64,000 nt of DNA. Source: a virus. Both the position numbers and the translations under genes were made by a program. The notes beneath the pieces are model-generated. The model searched no databases and was not told the DNA's origin. It saw nothing but the letters and a program-made list of their open reading frames with translations. Positions 63,044 through 64,000 of the stretch are shown piece by piece (within the stretch, counting starts at the first letter, position 1; every line of letters starts with the position of its first letter). The stretch lies in IMG/VR virus record IMGVR_UViG_3300011115_000716, positions 26,053 through 90,052 of that record, one strand, 5' to 3'.

Positions 63044-63793
63044 TTACTCAGCGTCTTTCGCTGGTGTAATAAGAATACTTGGCACTGGGTTGTACTTAGT
63101 CATTACAGTATTGGCTGGCATATCAAACCCATCTTCATATGATTTGATAGCATCCATTGCTGCACGCATATTGTTAGCGGTTATGTAATGAGTATGCGTT
63201 ACTTCTACTTTATATACATCTTGCTCATCTCTAGGACAATCGTCATACCATTCAGATTCAGATTCATACTGAACACACCAACAACTGTCAAGCATATCTC
63301 TTGCTTCCCAGTCAGCATGACAGTTTGGTGACTCATAGTTAGTTTGAGTGAACGTACCACCAGTACCTATAATTTCTACGGCTTCAGACTCTTCACCTTC
63401 GGACCATATATTAAACTCTAGGCTAGGGTATTGATTAATTAAGTTATGGAAGATACCTATAGGCCAATCGTATTTAGTATCAATACGTATAGCCGCTACA
63501 TAGTTTGGAGTGTGTGTGATATTGAATACGTCTAGTTCTTCAGCAGGTGCATCATAACATTGCCAGTGTTCTTGTCTCCATTGATTGCCTGTTTCAGTCC
63601 ACCACTCTCCAGACATTAACAGTTCTTCTGGAGGAGGAGTTATATTATAGAATGAAAACTCTTCTTCAGACCATACTATATCTCCTTCATCATTTAGTTC
63701 TTTAGGGCGACGTTGAGTAAGTTTAGATATATAAGCTTCAATATCTTCTTTACTACCTGTTGCTCTTACGTGATGATTAATCCAATAACCCAT
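63044..63793 (-). CDS. YubB/DUF1281-like ferredoxin-fold protein
   Basis: 'FSF.NI.PPP', 'W...HW', 'L...YPSLEF'; acidic. Confidence 0.55.
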   Translation of the reverse strand: MGYWINHHVRATGSKEDIEAYISKLTQRRPKELNDEGDIVWSEEEFSFYNITPPPEELLMSGEWWTETGNQWRQEHWQCYDAPAEELDVFNITHTPNYVAAIRIDTKYDWPIGIFHNLINQYPSLEFNIWSEGEESEAVEIIGTGGTFTQTNYESPNCHADWEARDMLDSCWCVQYESESEWYDDCPRDEQDVYKVEVTHTHYITANNMRAAMDAIKSYEDGFDMPANTVMTKYNPVPSILITPAKDAE

Positions 63794-63806
63794 TACTTAT
63801 TCTCCT

Positions 63807-64000
63807 TTACTTATCTAAGTTACGTTTGATGCCAACCTTGACCAATGCTTTGGCAAGAGTTAGCAATGAGTTGCCATCAACAAGAGGCACAACAATTTCA
63901 GCGTTGTGACCATCAATAGTCATACTGTCACTGTAACCCCAAGCCTTACGGCGTTCTTCATCCCACTGACGAGTCTCATCAACAAAGCCTAAGGCAGTAA
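63807..64000 (-). CDS. C-terminal fragment of an upstream gene (possibly VWA-domain protein)
   Basis: open frame TALGFVD...GHNAEIVV...LLTLAKALVKVGIKRNLDK*. Confidence 0.5.
   Translation of the reverse strand, partial: TALGFVDETRQWDEERRKAWGYSDSMTIDGHNAEIVVPLVDGNSLLTLAKALVKVGIKRNLDK

Noticed and set aside
56200-64000. Apparent absence of CCGG in the right arm
   Set aside because: The expected count is small in this AT-rich arm and other CG palindromes are present; it cannot be called significant by eye.
1-64000. tRNA genes, integrase, introns/inteins, alternative genetic code
   Set aside because: No cloverleaf with a T-loop was seen, no recombinase motifs were found, polA/recA/dnaB/nrdJ are uninterrupted and of normal length, and all three stop codons terminate genes normally.

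Overview
The window is a 64-kb segment of a large, AT-rich myovirus genome, most likely infecting a low-GC actinobacterium. The host evidence is two WhiB genes, an actinobacterial-type acyl carrier protein, an MSMEG_6728-like glycosylase and several apparently leaderless promoters; the overall gene content resembles Bxz1/BRock-like actinophages. Layout on the + strand: 3' end of the major capsid gene (1-155); head, neck and fibre genes (0.2-7.9 kb); an array of tiny Lys/Arg-rich genes (7.9-10.85 kb); the contractile tail and baseplate module (11.4-26.8 kb); replication and recombination genes (27-43.2 kb: initiator, DnaC-like loader, DnaB, primase, SNF2 helicase, ACP, SSB, PolA, RecA, resolvases, WhiB, Cas4-like, SpoVS); large low-complexity unknown genes (43.2-51.1 kb); a nucleotidyltransferase / Zn-peptide / HAD-like / TGT(DpdA)-like cassette and class II RNR (51.2-57.3 kb). 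After a bidirectional terminator come small early-type genes on the - strand (57.4-64 kb), including a HicA-like protein, a pyrimidine-dimer glycosylase and a prepilin peptidase. The most striking unexplained signal is a ~4-kb zone (about 52.24-56.19 kb) in which the + strand almost completely lacks CTT in every frame. It ends in the middle of the RNR gene and is centred on TCTGATAACA(GTG) direct repeats inside the TGT-like gene. Other notable signals are tandem covarying GNRA hairpins before the SSB gene, hairpins with anti-SD loops, promoters embedded in terminators, a probable +1 (UUU-CGC) tail-chaperone frameshift and a hairpin-rich candidate origin inside the initiator gene. No tRNA, CRISPR array or integrase was seen. 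All family calls come from motif recognition and all counts were made by eye; no database search was run.
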